Below are positions 63,889 through 64,000 of a stretch of DNA of 64,000 nucleotides, in pieces. Location of the stretch: positions 174,985-238,984 of the IMG/VR virus record IMGVR_UViG_3300042922_001182. One strand, written 5' to 3'. The notes beneath the pieces are model-generated. The model had not been told where the DNA came from. It saw only the letters and a list, made by a program, of their open reading frames with translations, and searched no databases. Numbering within the stretch: position 1 is the stretch's first letter; the number at the start of each line of letters is the position of its first letter. The translations under genes were made by a program, and so were the position numbers.

Positions 63889-64000
63889 ATGCCCATCTGC
63901 GAGTGCTACCCCGGCCACACCTGCGGCACCTGCATGTCGGACATGGAGGCCGACTACGACGAGATGACGACCTACACCCACTCAAGAGGAGACAACGACA
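63889..64000 (+). CDS. Partial hypothetical protein (runs off the window)
   Basis: SD AAGGAGG then MPICECYPGHTCGTC. Confidence 0.55.
   Translation, partial: MPICECYPGHTCGTCMSDMEADYDEMTTYTHSRGDND

Noticed and set aside
1-64000. tRNA, rRNA or CRISPR array
   Set aside because: No cloverleaf with a T-loop/CCA, no rRNA-like tract, and no regularly spaced repeat-spacer array seen
1-64000. Stop-codon reassignment as in some jumbo phages
   Set aside because: Recognisable proteins (GroEL, RNase H, primase, rpoC part) are full length under the standard code, with stops at expected ends

Overview
This looks like a 64 kb segment of a GC-rich (roughly 65% by eye) jumbo bacteriophage of the phiKZ/AR9-like type, which encodes its own multisubunit RNA polymerase. 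Core functions visible: a split RNAP beta-prime C-terminal subunit, a GroEL-like chaperonin, a candidate sigma-like promoter-specificity subunit, a primase, a family-B DNA polymerase-like fragment, RNase HI, a guanylate kinase-like protein, a PIN/FEN-like nuclease, and head and baseplate proteins. About 30 kb of co-oriented small accessory genes include many paralog pairs and a duplicated GHKL-ATPase module. Two phage-specific promoter classes can be read directly from the DNA. One is an AR9-like late motif, AACA-N6-TA/TG (12 copies, mostly ahead of structural and core genes). The other is an early motif, YATATTAT, which in 4 copies carries an extra CGAATCT element exactly 16 nt upstream. Best novelty candidates: an acyl-carrier-protein-like gene lacking the phosphopantetheine serine placed ahead of the RNAP subunit, the duplicated GHKL module, the bipartite early promoter, and two frameshift sites. 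No tRNA, rRNA, CRISPR array or integrase was recognised. All product calls come from motifs read by eye, not from database searches.
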